A stretch of DNA of 64,000 nucleotides from Rubripirellula sp. Its GTDB lineage: Bacteria > Planctomycetota > Planctomycetia > Pirellulales > Pirellulaceae. The position numbers and the translations under genes were made by a program. Below are positions 1 through 10,180 of the stretch, one piece after another. Each line of letters begins with the position of its first letter. Within the stretch, counting starts at the first letter, position 1. The DNA is taken from the NCBI GenBank assembly GCA_965216875.1, contig OZ244207.1:1056001-1120000 (forward strand), given 5' to 3'. Under the pieces are notes generated by a model that saw only the letters and a program-made list of their open reading frames with translations, made no database searches and was not told the DNA's origin.

Positions 1-158
1 TCGGATTCGAGCAGACGCCGGCCGACTTCAATACCATCGCTGACCTATCCAAGTTCTTCGAGATCCTTCGATCGCGTGGTTATACCGACGACGATGTCGA
101 AGCGATCAGTCATCAAAACTTCGTCCGCTTCTTAAAAAGGGCCTGGGCCGGAACATGA
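1..158 (+). CDS. Membrane dipeptidase (peptidase M19 family), C-terminal fragment, truncated at window edge
   Basis: Frame 3 translated by hand: GFEQTPADFNTIADLSKFFEILRSRGYTDDDVEAISHQNFVRFLKRAWAGT*, which resembles M19 C-termini (RGY..D...I...N..RFL). Its TGA overlaps the next ATG (ATGA, 155-158). Confidence 0.7.
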   Translation, partial: GFEQTPADFNTIADLSKFFEILRSRGYTDDDVEAISHQNFVRFLKRAWAGT

Positions 159-1261
159 ACGATCTGCGTTTCGAATTTCCACTCATCAACCCGGACGACG
201 TCCTGTCGCCTGCGTTGATGGTTGATCCGGATCGGATCGCGCGAAACATCAGAACGATGATTGAGATCGTTGGGGGCGTTGATCAGATCGAGCGTTTGCG
301 CCCTCACGTCAAGACGCATAAGATGCCCGAAGTGGTTGAGATGCAAGTCGCGGCCGGCGTGACCAAGTTCAAAGCCGCCACACTTCGCGAGGCGGAGATG
401 GTTGCTGATTCGGGCGGCCAAGACGTGGTGCTCGCCTACCAGCCAGTCGGGCCGGGCGCGAAGCGGTTCGCGCATCTTGTTAAACACTTTCCTGACACGA
501 CCTTTTCTGCGGTCGTCGATGACCCCAACATTGTTGCGCTCCTGAGTCGGTTGCATGGCGATTCGACACAGCCTCTGACACTTTTTATTGACGTCGATTG
601 CGGGATGCATCGGACGGGGATCGAGCTTGGTGCAGGACTGGACGCACTGCGGACTCAAATTGAAGCGGATCCTCATCTCGAGTTCGGTGGGTTGCACGTT
701 TATGACGGGCACATCCACGACCCGCAGCTCAATACTCGAACCGATGCCGCCCGCGCGATCATCGAAAAGATCGCCGCTTACGACCAGCAGAACGCTTCGC
801 CGAACATCATCGGCGGCGGATCGCCGACGTTTGCGATATGGGCAAACGAAACGGCTTGGCAATGCAGCCCCGGCACACCGCTGCTTTGGGACTGGGGCTA
901 TGGCGCGTCGCATCCCGACCTCGACTTTTCCGTTGCTGCCGCTTTGTTGACGCGAGTGGTCAGTCGGCCAGGCGGAAACCGACTTTGTCTCGATCTCGGT
1001 CATAAAGCGGTTGCCTCAGAAATGCCACTTGAGCAACGCGCGTTGATTCCTGAAATCAAGGACGCCGTCGCTGTTTCGCACAGTGAAGAGCATTATGTGA
1101 TTGAGACAGAGAGTGCCGCTTCGATCGCGGTAGGCCAAGAGTTCATTGCGATCCCCCGTCACATTTGCCCGACCGTCGCGTTGCACGAGTTCGCAATCGT
1201 CGTGCGAGACGGTCGTGCGACTGGCGAGCGTTGGCGCGTGACGGCGCGAAACCGACTGTGA
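155..1261 (+). CDS. D-TA/DSD1 family PLP-dependent enzyme (D-threonine aldolase-like, fold type III)
   Basis: RPHVKTHK PLP-lysine motif, DVDCGMHRTG, YDGH, SEEH and PRHICPTVALH metal-ligand motifs. Confidence 0.88.
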   Translation: MNDLRFEFPLINPDDVLSPALMVDPDRIARNIRTMIEIVGGVDQIERLRPHVKTHKMPEVVEMQVAAGVTKFKAATLREAEMVADSGGQDVVLAYQPVGPGAKRFAHLVKHFPDTTFSAVVDDPNIVALLSRLHGDSTQPLTLFIDVDCGMHRTGIELGAGLDALRTQIEADPHLEFGGLHVYDGHIHDPQLNTRTDAARAIIEKIAAYDQQNASPNIIGGGSPTFAIWANETAWQCSPGTPLLWDWGYGASHPDLDFSVAAALLTRVVSRPGGNRLCLDLGHKAVASEMPLEQRALIPEIKDAVAVSHSEEHYVIETESAASIAVGQEFIAIPRHICPTVALHEFAIVVRDGRATGERWRVTARNRL

Positions 1262-1629
1262 TGTTCAACCCGAGTGAAGTCGACCCCATGTCTCAACCCG
1301 ATCGCGACGGCGAAGAACTCGATCCGCTCTACCTCAGCTCGCTCAAAGAACTGAGGTGGATTCTGGGCGTCTGGGCGGTTTCTTTTTTGTGGGTCATTGG
1401 GATCAGTCGGTGGTTGGGCTACCGCGCCGAAAATGCAGACCAGATTCAGCTCGTCCTCGGTATGCCGCTTTGGGTTTTCTGGGGTGTCTTTGTGCCCTGG
1501 ATTGCTGTGACTCTGTGGGTCACCTGGTTTGCAATGTGCAAGATGGAAGACCATCCACTTGAGGATGCGAACGAGGTTGAAGGTCGTGCTCGAGATGATT
1601 CGTCCAGCGAGGAAGTGACGGATGAATGA
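1261..1629 (+). CDS. YhdT/DUF997-like small membrane protein
   Basis: Two TM helices with GMPLWVFWGVFVPW. Lies directly upstream of and overlaps the symporter, like yhdT-panF. Start is 1261 or 1288. Confidence 0.7.
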   Translation: MFNPSEVDPMSQPDRDGEELDPLYLSSLKELRWILGVWAVSFLWVIGISRWLGYRAENADQIQLVLGMPLWVFWGVFVPWIAVTLWVTWFAMCKMEDHPLEDANEVEGRARDDSSSEEVTDE

Positions 1630-3487
1630 GGGGGCCAGTTGGGCGCTGCTTACGTTCGGCATCTACACGGCCGCCGTTTTTGTCCTTGCCGTGCTCTCCA
1701 ACCGCGCGGCGAAATCGAAACAGGAGTTTGTGTCTGAGTACTTCTTGGGCAGTCGCAGTTTCGGGATTTGGGCATTCGCACTGACGTTTGCGGCAACCAA
1801 TTCCTCCGGCGGCAGCTTCATGGGGTTTCCGGCATTGATCTATACCCATGGTTGGACGCTGGCACTCTGGATCGCCGGCTTCATGCTCAGCCCATTGGTC
1901 GCGATGGGACTACTCGGCAAACGACTCAACCAGGTCGCCCGCAAGTGCAACGCGCTGACGATTCCGGAAGTCCTCGGTGGTCGCTTTGAAAGTCGCGCGG
2001 TCGGTCTCACTGCGACGGTGCTGCTGATCTTCTTTATGTTTTTTTACTTGATGGCGAACTTCAAAGCGGGCGGCGAAATCTTGAGCACGCTGCTTGCCGA
2101 TGAGCCGATCTATCGTTCCGCCGTCGCCAAAGTCGAAGCGTTGGCTAGCGGCATCCCCTGGGTGAGCAGTGCCGATCCGAACTACCTTGTTTGCCTGTTG
2201 GTTTTTTCGATCGCCGTGATCGTCTACGTCGTCTACGGCGGATTCCGTGCTGTCGTTTGGACCGACGTCATGCAAGGCATCGTCATGTTCCTCGGCGTGA
2301 TCCTGATGCTCGGGCTTGCGCTCTGGCAAGTCGGCGGGCTTTCCAATGCAACACGCAAGTTGGCTGAAATGACACCTCCCGAACTTGGGACAGCAATTGT
2401 CGAGTGCGCCGAACCGGCTGATTCGGACATTGTGTTCCCCAAGGGAGCGTGGATCAAACAAGACGGACAAACCTATCGACTTGGCCAGCAGGCGACGATC
2501 AACCGGTCATCAACGCGAAGCGAACCGATCAAGGTGCTGCGGTTGACCAGTGGCGCAGAGGCGGTCCTGCCGGACGAATTGCCAATCGCCGTCAGGCTTC
2601 AGGACTGTGAACTCGAGCCTTATCAATATGGTGCTGCGAGCAAGGGTGTTTACGTCACCAATCCTGGACCGAGCAATTCCAGTTCACTCGGTTTTCTTGC
2701 ACTCGGTACGGCGATCAGTTTCTTTATCTTTTGGCCATTCTCGGGGGCGGGGCAGCCGGGCAATATGGTTCGCTTGATGTCGTTCAAAGACACGCGAACG
2801 CTGCGCTACTCGATCGTCACGGTCGGTTTTTACTATGCCGTGATCTATTTCTCGCTTGTCGTCATCTGTTGTTGCGGTCGAGTTTTGCTTCCCGGCATGG
2901 AAGTGCATCCTGACCGCACGATGCCAGAACTCGCGACGAAACTGACCGAAAACGCGGGCGTTCCGTGGTTGGCCGGGTTGCTTGTCGCTGCTCCGTTCGC
3001 TGCAGTCATGTCGAGTGTCGACAGTTTCTTGTTGATGGTTTCCTCGGGCGTTGTGCGAGACGTCTATCAAGGGCACGTGCGTCCGGACGCCAGTCAATCG
3101 ACGCTCAAACGTTTGAGTTACCTCGTGACGGTGGCGGTCGGGATCTTGGCGTTCCTGTTTGTGCTTAACCCGCCCGAGTACCTGCAGGACTTGATCGTCT
3201 TTGCCAGCGGCGGACTTGGTGCTTGTTTCTTCATGCCGATGGTCCTGGCACTCTATTGGCGGCGAATGACTGCGGCAGCAACGGTGGCAGGCATGATCGC
3301 CGGGACGCTCACCCACGTAGGCTTGACCGCATGGGGCTACTACGAGCGCGGGCGTTTCGAAGCCTACGGCTTCCTTGGCTTGAATCCCTTTATCTGGGAT
3401 CTGTTGGTTGCGACAATCGCATGCGTGTTGGTCGCGAAGTTGACCAAGGTCGACGAAAAACTGGTGAGAAGATTTTTCTACCGGTAA
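1622..3487 (+). CDS. Sodium:solute symporter (SSS, PanF/PutP-like)
   Basis: EYFLGSR, SGGSFMGFP, YGGFRAVVWTDVMQG and AAVMSSVDS motifs; many TM helices. Confidence 0.92.
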   Translation: MNEGASWALLTFGIYTAAVFVLAVLSNRAAKSKQEFVSEYFLGSRSFGIWAFALTFAATNSSGGSFMGFPALIYTHGWTLALWIAGFMLSPLVAMGLLGKRLNQVARKCNALTIPEVLGGRFESRAVGLTATVLLIFFMFFYLMANFKAGGEILSTLLADEPIYRSAVAKVEALASGIPWVSSADPNYLVCLLVFSIAVIVYVVYGGFRAVVWTDVMQGIVMFLGVILMLGLALWQVGGLSNATRKLAEMTPPELGTAIVECAEPADSDIVFPKGAWIKQDGQTYRLGQQATINRSSTRSEPIKVLRLTSGAEAVLPDELPIAVRLQDCELEPYQYGAASKGVYVTNPGPSNSSSLGFLALGTAISFFIFWPFSGAGQPGNMVRLMSFKDTRTLRYSIVTVGFYYAVIYFSLVVICCCGRVLLPGMEVHPDRTMPELATKLTENAGVPWLAGLLVAAPFAAVMSSVDSFLLMVSSGVVRDVYQGHVRPDASQSTLKRLSYLVTVAVGILAFLFVLNPPEYLQDLIVFASGGLGACFFMPMVLALYWRRMTAAATVAGMIAGTLTHVGLTAWGYYERGRFEAYGFLGLNPFIWDLLVATIACVLVAKLTKVDEKLVRRFFYR

Positions 3488-3499
3488 GTCACCCCGTTC

Positions 3500-3631
3500 G
3501 TAGTACCGCCTTCAGGCGGAATCTTCAGGCTCTACCGCCTAAAGGCGGGACTACAAACGGCGGCTGAATGTCGCCTTTCGCTCCGCGAAAGCAGCGCAAA
3601 TAAACGCAACTTTTGCGGAGCAAAAGGCGAC
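3500..3631. repeat. Two REP-like inverted doublets between convergent genes
   Basis: GTAGTACCGCCTTCAGGCGG ... CCGCCTAAAGGCGGGACTAC (3500-3554) and GTCGCCTTTCGCTCCGCGAAAG ... CTTTTGCGGAGCAAAAGGCGAC (3570-3631). Confidence 0.85.
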
Positions 3632-3638
3632 GATGCGC

Positions 3639-4235
3639 CTACGCGACGAGTGTCGGCAAAATCTTCTCGATCGCGGCGGGCATTGCTGCGCACTCTTGTT
3701 CAAACACGCGTGCCGCGAGCGTATCGGCGGTGTCGTCGTCGGTCACTTCGCACGTGCGTTGCAAGATGATCGGGCCATGGTCGTATTGGTTATCGACAAA
3801 GTGCACCGTGCAACCGCTGACTTTCACGCCGCGATCGATGGCAGCTTGGTGAACGTTGTGCCCGTACATGCCCTCGCCGCCGAACGCCGGCAAAAGCGAC
3901 GGATGAATGTTGATGACGCGGCCAACAAAATCGTCAGGGATCAACACGTGTTTCAAGAAACCCGCCATCACGACGAGCTTTGCACCACACTCGCGACAGG
4001 GATCAAACATCGCACGCGAATAGTCATCGGGATCGGAGTGAGCCGATTTGAGGACGGTTTGCGCTTCGATTCCGGCGTCGCGGGCGATCTGAACGCCTTT
4101 CACCTTGCTACTGCTACTGAGCACCAGTCGCACGTCGATGGGCAGACCGTGTTGGTCGCGATGCATCAACAAGTTGCTCAGTGTTCGACCGGATCCGCTT
4201 AGGAAAACGGCGACCGGAAGCGGCGACGGGTTCAT
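3639..4235 (-). CDS. purN: Phosphoribosylglycinamide formyltransferase
   Basis: AVFLSGSG, INIHPSLLP, GCTVHFV and DHGPII motifs. Confidence 0.95.
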   Translation of the reverse strand: MNPSPLPVAVFLSGSGRTLSNLLMHRDQHGLPIDVRLVLSSSSKVKGVQIARDAGIEAQTVLKSAHSDPDDYSRAMFDPCRECGAKLVVMAGFLKHVLIPDDFVGRVINIHPSLLPAFGGEGMYGHNVHQAAIDRGVKVSGCTVHFVDNQYDHGPIILQRTCEVTDDDTADTLAARVFEQECAAMPAAIEKILPTLVA

Positions 4236-7200
4236 CAGCTGCCCACCTTTTTGACAAAGATCTGACCAAACTCCGTCTCAACCGCGTCAGCGCCGTCGAT
4301 TGCTGAAAGGACGAGCGTCAAGTCGCCCGTGTCCGGATTCTCGGCCAGCGTTTCGCTGCAGATTGATTCGCGATGTTCTTCGATCGCTCGCGTCACTTCT
4401 TCGTCTGTCGTCACAACGCCAACTTCGATGCGATCGCTGTATTCGCATCCGATCGTCTTGCGTTGGTTTTGGATGCCACGAATCAAGTCTTTCGAAATGC
4501 CCTCGCGGCGCAGCTCGTCGGTGACTTGCGTGTTCAGCACCACCACGCTGCCAGGGCCTTGAGCAGCGGCCCAGCCGTCTCGCGCTTTGAGGCGAACTTC
4601 GATGTCTTCGTTATCGAGTTTGAGTGGGCCGTCGGGTAGGTCGATCGTGACAAAGCCAGAGCTTTGGAGATCGTTCAGCAGCGCGTTGCCGTCCGCTTTG
4701 GCCAGTGCCGCTTTGACCGCCGGAACCTGTTTGCCGACTTTGGGCCCGAGGCGTTTGAAGTTGGGGACAACGGTGTATTGAACGTATTCGTCCGCCTCGG
4801 TGGTGTAGTCGACCGCTTTCACATTCAGTTCATCGCGGACGAGTTGATCGTGGTCACGAAGCCATTCGATTTCGCTGTCGTCGGCCAGGACGACTTCGAC
4901 CTTCGAAAGGGGCAGTCGAACCTTCAGCTTTGCTTCGGCACGCGCCGACCGTCCAAGAGATGCGATCTCACGAAGCAGCTTCATCGACTGCGAAAGTTTG
5001 GCGTCGACCCGTGCTTCGTTGACGACCGGGTAATCGCAAAGGTGAACGCTTTCGAACGCCTTGCCGGCAAACGGCTGCGTCAATCGCTGCCACAACGTTT
5101 CGGCCAAGAAGGGCACGAAGGGAGCGACGACCTTGGTCACTTCCAGCAACGTTTCATACAGCGTCCAGTAGGCGTCCGCTTTGTCTTGCGGGTCCGCGAC
5201 CTCTTTCTTGGCCCAGAAACGATTGCGGTTTCGACGCACATACCAATTGCTGAGCGCATCGACTAATGCATTGATCGATTGGCATGCCCCGTAGTTGTCC
5301 AATCCGTCCATCTTTTCGACGACTTCGCCCACGGTGCGATTGAGTTCGGAAAGGATCCAGCGGTCGATTTCGCAGCGCTCAGACGCCGGGCGATACGACG
5401 GTGCGGATGCGAGCGACTCGGGTGAGAGGTTGCCGTCAACCTCTGCCTCGGTCGGGTCAAAACCATCTTCGACAGCGTAGTTGGTGAAGAAGGTAAAGAC
5501 GTTCCAAAGCCGCAACAGGAATTCAGGGATCGAATCCTTGATCGATTGTTCGGCATAGATGATCGAATTCCACGGCGCTTGGTTGGCAAAGAAGTACCAA
5601 CGCAAAGCATCAGCGCCGTAGCGATCAAAGATCTCTTCGGGGCTACGGTAGTTGCGAAGCGACTTCGACATTTTGCCGACCTTCTTCGCAAACTTTTCGT
5701 CAGGCGAGGCCGAGGTTTCGGACTCGTCCAGGACGATGTGCGCTTTGCCGTCAGCCGTTTCCGATTGCCACCACTGCGAGAGCATCAAGCCAAGGACGAT
5801 GCAGTTTGCGAACGGGTGCGGGTAGACCGCGTCGGCAAACGCGTCGTTGGCGTTGGTGTTGTCGTTTTCAGAGATCGACGCACCTTCACCAAACAACATC
5901 GTGCTGATCGCAAGTTGGCTGTAGAACCAACCGCGTGTCTGATCGAGTGCTTCGCTGATAAAGTCGGCTGGGAATTGGTCCTTGAACCGGTCGTCGTTCT
6001 GGTGAGGCCAACCCCATTGCGCGAAGGGCATCGCGCCGGAATCGTACCAGCAATCGATCACTTCGGTGACGCGTTTCATCCTCGCCCCGTCGGCGAAAGG
6101 TGACGCGTAGGTGACCTCGTCGATGTACGGTTTGTGAACACGCAGGTCGTCGGCAAGTTCGGGGTTGGCTGCTTTCGCGTTTTCCCAAACTTCGGTGCCC
6201 TGCACGTCGGGTTTGGCAAGCAGTTCTTCGTAGCTGGAGATCGCTTCCATCTTGCCGGTTTCTTGGCAGACCCAGATCGGCAGTGGCGTTCCCCAGTAGC
6301 GTTCGCGTGAAAGCGCCCAGTCAACGTTCGACTCGAGGAAGTTGCCGAACCGACCGTCGCGGATGTGCTCAGGTTGCCAACCAATTTTTGAGTTGTTCTT
6401 GAGCATCAAGTCGCGGAACTTGGTCGTGCGAATGAACCAGCTGCGCCGCGGGTATTGGATCAGCGGGTCTTGTTCGGCACGCCAACAGAATGGGTAGTCG
6501 TGCAAGTACTGTTCTTGATGCAGCAGTCGGCCAGCTTCGCGTAGGGTTCGCGTGATGGGTTTGTCGGCGTCTTTGACCCAAGTGCCCTTCATCTCCGAAA
6601 ACTCGTCGGTGAACTTGCCGTCAGGGCCAACGGCACACAGCAGTTCAGGACGCTCGCCTTCGACGAATCGCTTCTGCTCGGCGACCAACACGTCATGGTC
6701 GACTTCACCAAACGCGGGGGCTTGGTGGACGATGCCACTGCCCGATTCGGTGGTCACAAAGTCGGCAGCAACCACGCGCCAAAAATGGTGTTCGGTCCCG
6801 CCGCCGACGAGCGTTCCGGTGGGGTCACCAGTCGATGTTTTGTAATTGGCAAACGGGGGTTCGTAACGTTGCCCAATGAGCGAATCGGCCGAAACCTCTT
6901 CGATCACTTTGAGTTCACGTTTTAACTTGCCAGCGATCGTTTCGACGAGCGCCGAAGCCATCACCAGTTCTTCGCCCGAGTCTTCGTCACGCACGACGCT
7001 GTAGGAAACGTTCGTCGGGTGAACGGCTGCGTAAACATTGCTCGGCAGCGTCCATGGCGTCGTTGTCCAAACGACCAAGGAACGACCGGGGTGATCGACG
7101 AGTGGAAACAGGACGTAAACACTTGGGTCGGCAACTTCACGATAGCCTTGACCGACTTCGCCCGAGGAAAGTGCCGTGCCACCCTGTGCCCACCACCAAA

Positions 7201-7753
7201 CGATTTTGTGACCTTGGTAGAGCAGTCCGCGATCAAACAGATTCTTCAGGCTCCACCAAACACTCTCGACATAACTTTGGTGGTAGGTGACATACGCTTC
7301 GTTCAAGTCGACCCAAAACCCGAGTCGCTTGGTCAGCGTTTCCCATTCTTTCATGTAGCGCCAAACGCTTTGTTGGCACTTTTGGATGAACGGCTCGATG
7401 CCGTACTCTTCGATCTCTTCTTTGCTGTGGATGCCAAGCGACTTGCCGACTTCGACTTCGACGGGCAAACCGTGTGTGTCCCAACCAGCCTTGCGCTCGC
7501 ACCGATAGCCGCGCATCGTCTTGTAACGAGGGAACACATCCTTGATCGATCGCGTCAGGCAGTGTCCTGGGTGGGGCATGCCGTTGGCGGTCGGTGGGCC
7601 CTCGTAGAAGACAAACGACGGACTGTCCGATCGTCGTTCGAGCGATTGATCATAGATGTTGTGTTGTTCCCAAAACTCCAGAATGTCCTTTTCGAGTTTG
7701 GGGAAACTGGGGCTGCCGTCGACAGAACGAAAGGGGCTGACAGAAGCGGACAT
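4235..7753 (-). CDS. ileS: Isoleucine--tRNA ligase, type 2 (archaeal/eukaryote-like)
   Basis: [54 protein letters not shown] and KMSKS. Has the IleRS2-type C-terminal extension ([19 protein letters not shown]) and no C-terminal Zn finger. Confidence 0.96.
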   Translation of the reverse strand: MSASVSPFRSVDGSPSFPKLEKDILEFWEQHNIYDQSLERRSDSPSFVFYEGPPTANGMPHPGHCLTRSIKDVFPRYKTMRGYRCERKAGWDTHGLPVEVEVGKSLGIHSKEEIEEYGIEPFIQKCQQSVWRYMKEWETLTKRLGFWVDLNEAYVTYHQSYVESVWWSLKNLFDRGLLYQGHKIVWWWAQGGTALSSGEVGQGYREVADPSVYVLFPLVDHPGRSLVVWTTTPWTLPSNVYAAVHPTNVSYSVVRDEDSGEELVMASALVETIAGKLKRELKVIEEVSADSLIGQRYEPPFANYKTSTGDPTGTLVGGGTEHHFWRVVAADFVTTESGSGIVHQAPAFGEVDHDVLVAEQKRFVEGERPELLCAVGPDGKFTDEFSEMKGTWVKDADKPITRTLREAGRLLHQEQYLHDYPFCWRAEQDPLIQYPRRSWFIRTTKFRDLMLKNNSKIGWQPEHIRDGRFGNFLESNVDWALSRERYWGTPLPIWVCQETGKMEAISSYEELLAKPDVQGTEVWENAKAANPELADDLRVHKPYIDEVTYASPFADGARMKRVTEVIDCWYDSGAMPFAQWGWPHQNDDRFKDQFPADFISEALDQTRGWFYSQLAISTMLFGEGASISENDNTNANDAFADAVYPHPFANCIVLGLMLSQWWQSETADGKAHIVLDESETSASPDEKFAKKVGKMSKSLRNYRSPEEIFDRYGADALRWYFFANQAPWNSIIYAEQSIKDSIPEFLLRLWNVFTFFTNYAVEDGFDPTEAEVDGNLSPESLASAPSYRPASERCEIDRWILSELNRTVGEVVEKMDGLDNYGACQSINALVDALSNWYVRRNRNRFWAKKEVADPQDKADAYWTLYETLLEVTKVVAPFVPFLAETLWQRLTQPFAGKAFESVHLCDYPVVNEARVDAKLSQSMKLLREIASLGRSARAEAKLKVRLPLSKVEVVLADDSEIEWLRDHDQLVRDELNVKAVDYTTEADEYVQYTVVPNFKRLGPKVGKQVPAVKAALAKADGNALLNDLQSSGFVTIDLPDGPLKLDNEDIEVRLKARDGWAAAQGPGSVVVLNTQVTDELRREGISKDLIRGIQNQRKTIGCEYSDRIEVGVVTTDEEVTRAIEEHRESICSETLAENPDTGDLTLVLSAIDGADAVETEFGQIFVKKVGS

Positions 7754-7987
7754 GGGCCTTAACGCAGCGGAATGTGGTTGCGAAACGGATCGCTTTAAAA
7801 GTTTGCAGCTGAATCTTCAGCAAAGTCGACCTGTGGGTAAACATCGATCCATTGAATGTTTGACACCGATTGCGTGGTTCAGTTCAGGTCGATTGACTCG
7901 GTGCGGCGGCGGGGCGACTTACGTGTGAGCTGGAACGGAGGGGTAAATCCGTTCCTGGGAATCGGACGACGGCGGGTCAGTTGCCGA

Positions 7988-8446
7988 CTATTTGACGTTG
8001 TCGAAGTCGTCGAATTCGTCCAGACCGTCGTCTTCTTCGTCATCACTATCATCGCCGGTGGTCAAACCGAACTCGGCGCTAATCTCATCGTCGATTTCAA
8101 TCTCGTAGTCGTCTTCGAGTTCTTCTTCGAAATCGTCATCAAAGTCATCGTCGAAGTCGTCTTCGTCGATGTCATCAAACTCGTCGATGTCGTCGTCGTC
8201 ATCCAGGTCGTCGCCGAAGCCGCCGTCGCCATCACCGAAGCCAGGGTTTTCCTCGTCGTCGTCGCCGCCTTCTGCGTCGTCGCCCTCATCATCCACGCCA
8301 TCGTCGTCGTCCAGGTCGTCCGACATTTCGGGCTTCGAGTCCGTTGGTGTGCCCACCACGGTCGGACGCTCGCCAGCGGGGCTGGTAACTGCCGTGGGAA
8401 TAAGGGTTTCGGTCAATTCAGATGGTGCGGGAGCGACCAGGGTCAT
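7988..8446 (-). CDS. Extremely acidic low-complexity hypothetical protein
   Basis: 152 aa. By hand count about 65 of the last 112 residues are D/E. ATG start, same strand as ileS. Confidence 0.75.
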   Translation of the reverse strand: MTLVAPAPSELTETLIPTAVTSPAGERPTVVGTPTDSKPEMSDDLDDDDGVDDEGDDAEGGDDDEENPGFGDGDGGFGDDLDDDDDIDEFDDIDEDDFDDDFDDDFEEELEDDYEIEIDDEISAEFGLTTGDDSDDEEDDGLDEFDDFDNVK

Positions 8447-8690
8447 AGGAAAACTATCTTCGGGTTGATATCGGGGGTGGCCGGAGGCCTGAGGTTTCGC
8501 TGTGGAGTAGCTGAGAATGATAGAAAGAGCAGCCGAAAAACTCTACCTACCTACCGCGAATCCCCGCCAACTGTTCCTGCGGAGTGCCGCTAACCGCCCT
8601 CGGCGACCGCAATTTGGCCGTTGAAGTCGTGGTTTGTGGCTAGCCGCGATCATTTATGGGGCCGTAGCTTTGCTCGCCCGGGCGAGGCGA

Positions 8691-9064
8691 GTTCGTAGCT
8701 ACGCTCGCTAGAGCGTGGTGAGTTCGTAGCTACGCTCGCTAGAGCGTGGTGAGTTCGTAGCTACGCTCGCTAGAGCGTGGTGAGTTCGTAGCTACGCTCG
8801 CTAGAGCGTGGTGAGTTCGTAGCTACGCTCGCTAGAGCGTGGTGAGTTCGTAGCTACGCTCGCTAGAGCGTGGTGAGTTCGTAGTCCCGAGCTTTAGCCG
8901 GAATCTTCTCGCAATACGCCCATCGACTGGGACGACAAGCTTCGTAGCTACGCTCGCCAGAGCGTGGTGAGTTCGTAGTCCCGAGCTTTAGCCGGAATCT
9001 TTTCGCAATACGCCCATCGACTGGGACGACAAGCTTCGTAGCTACGCTCGCCAGAGCGTGGTGA
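8691..9064. repeat. Tandem array of REP-like units: 6 x 31 bp followed by 2 x 94 bp
   Basis: GTTCGTAGCTACGCTCGCTAGAGCGTGGTGA repeated perfectly six times (8691-8876), then a 94-bp composite unit twice (8877-8970, 8971-9064) differing at one base. Confidence 0.95.
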
Positions 9065-9077
9065 GAGTGAAAATCAA

Positions 9078-9178
9078 CTTCTGGCGAAGGTAGCTACGTT
9101 CCGGGAAGGTGGCTACGGTCCGCGAAGGGGACGCGGAGCGTCCAAGAGTCCGTTCCCACGCGGAGCGTGGGAACGAGG
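9078..9178. repeat. Additional REP-like palindromes
   Basis: CTTCTGGCGAAGGTAGCTAC (inverted GTAGCTAC-family copy) and CGTTCCCACGCGGAGCGTGGGAACG. Confidence 0.75.
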
Positions 9179-9451
9179 GGGAACGAGTGGAGGGGATTCG
9201 GCAGTAGCGGTTCTTGGGTGTTTGGGAAGGCCGGGGCGACCAGGCAAAGCGTCGCAAGTTTGGCGTAGAAGTCTCTTTTCCGAACGAACACCGAGCCCGT
9301 TTTCCGATGCGATGAAAGCGGAAGTGTGGCCAAACCGCCGTTGACGTGAGGCCGCAATTATCCGATTCCCCGGTGTGGCGATTCCTGCAAATCGATTTCT
9401 GATTGCTAGCAATCTCCCGCTCGACCCACGACCCGAACCGCACGGAAGATC

Positions 9452-10171
9452 ATGAACGTCCGATCGACGACATTCTGCGCCGCACTCCTGACCCTGCTTG
9501 CCGCTGGCTGTGCAGGCCGCCAATACGGACACCTGCTTGCGACCGACGACAAGGACATGGTGGGCAGTCACGCAGCGGGTGCCGCCACTTGGAATCCACT
9601 GATCGACGAAGCGGTTGCGAAGTTGCTTTCGAGGTGTCCGCCGCCGGTTCAGCCGGTTGTCTTTGATCAGGCTGCGGGCGATGCGCCGCTTGACATGCAA
9701 ACGATTGGATCCGCGCTTGCGGGTGGTCGCGCTTCGGTCTGTTTCGTGGGTGTCGAGAACGCCAGTGCCGAAGAACTCGCCGACTTCAAAGAAGAACTCT
9801 ACGAACGCATTGACGCGCAGCTCAGTTCGTCCGACGCCTTCCGTCCGATGAGTCGTAGGGTTGTTGATGCCGCATTGCTTGAAACGCGCATGCGTCCCGA
9901 TTCACTTTTCTTGCCCGCCAACCAGCAAGTCTTTGCCAGTGTGTTGAACAAGCAAGGCAACCCGCTTGACTACTTGATGTTCGCCAAAGTCACCACGGGG
10001 ACAACGGACCGCAACAAGAGTAGCCAGCGCGACTACACCTTGACCCTTGAACTTGTGAATCTGCATACCCAAGAATCGCTGAAAGAGAACGCAACGATTC
10101 GCAAGGGTTATTCCAAGACGCGCGGTGGAAAGTGGTGGAACTACGGTCCATTCGATCAAGCGGACGGTTAA
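9452..10171 (+). CDS. LpoB/CsgG-like (penicillin-binding protein activator-like) lipoprotein
   Basis: Lipobox LAAGC. The segments VENASAE...I...L and DY.LTLELVNL.T.E...E...IRK resemble the LpoB/CsgG fold. Confidence 0.65.
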   Translation: MNVRSTTFCAALLTLLAAGCAGRQYGHLLATDDKDMVGSHAAGAATWNPLIDEAVAKLLSRCPPPVQPVVFDQAAGDAPLDMQTIGSALAGGRASVCFVGVENASAEELADFKEELYERIDAQLSSSDAFRPMSRRVVDAALLETRMRPDSLFLPANQQVFASVLNKQGNPLDYLMFAKVTTGTTDRNKSSQRDYTLTLELVNLHTQESLKENATIRKGYSKTRGGKWWNYGPFDQADG

Positions 10172-10180
10172 GCCGAGTTG

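Noticed and set aside
7754..7987. T-box riboswitch upstream of ileS
   Set aside because: No T-box consensus (AAnnnGGTGGnACC-like) or terminator was visible on the minus strand.
8691..9064. CRISPR array (31-bp palindromic repeats)
   Set aside because: Repeats abut with no unique spacers, the two longer intervening segments are near-identical, there are no cas genes, and the GTAG-hairpin form fits a REP.
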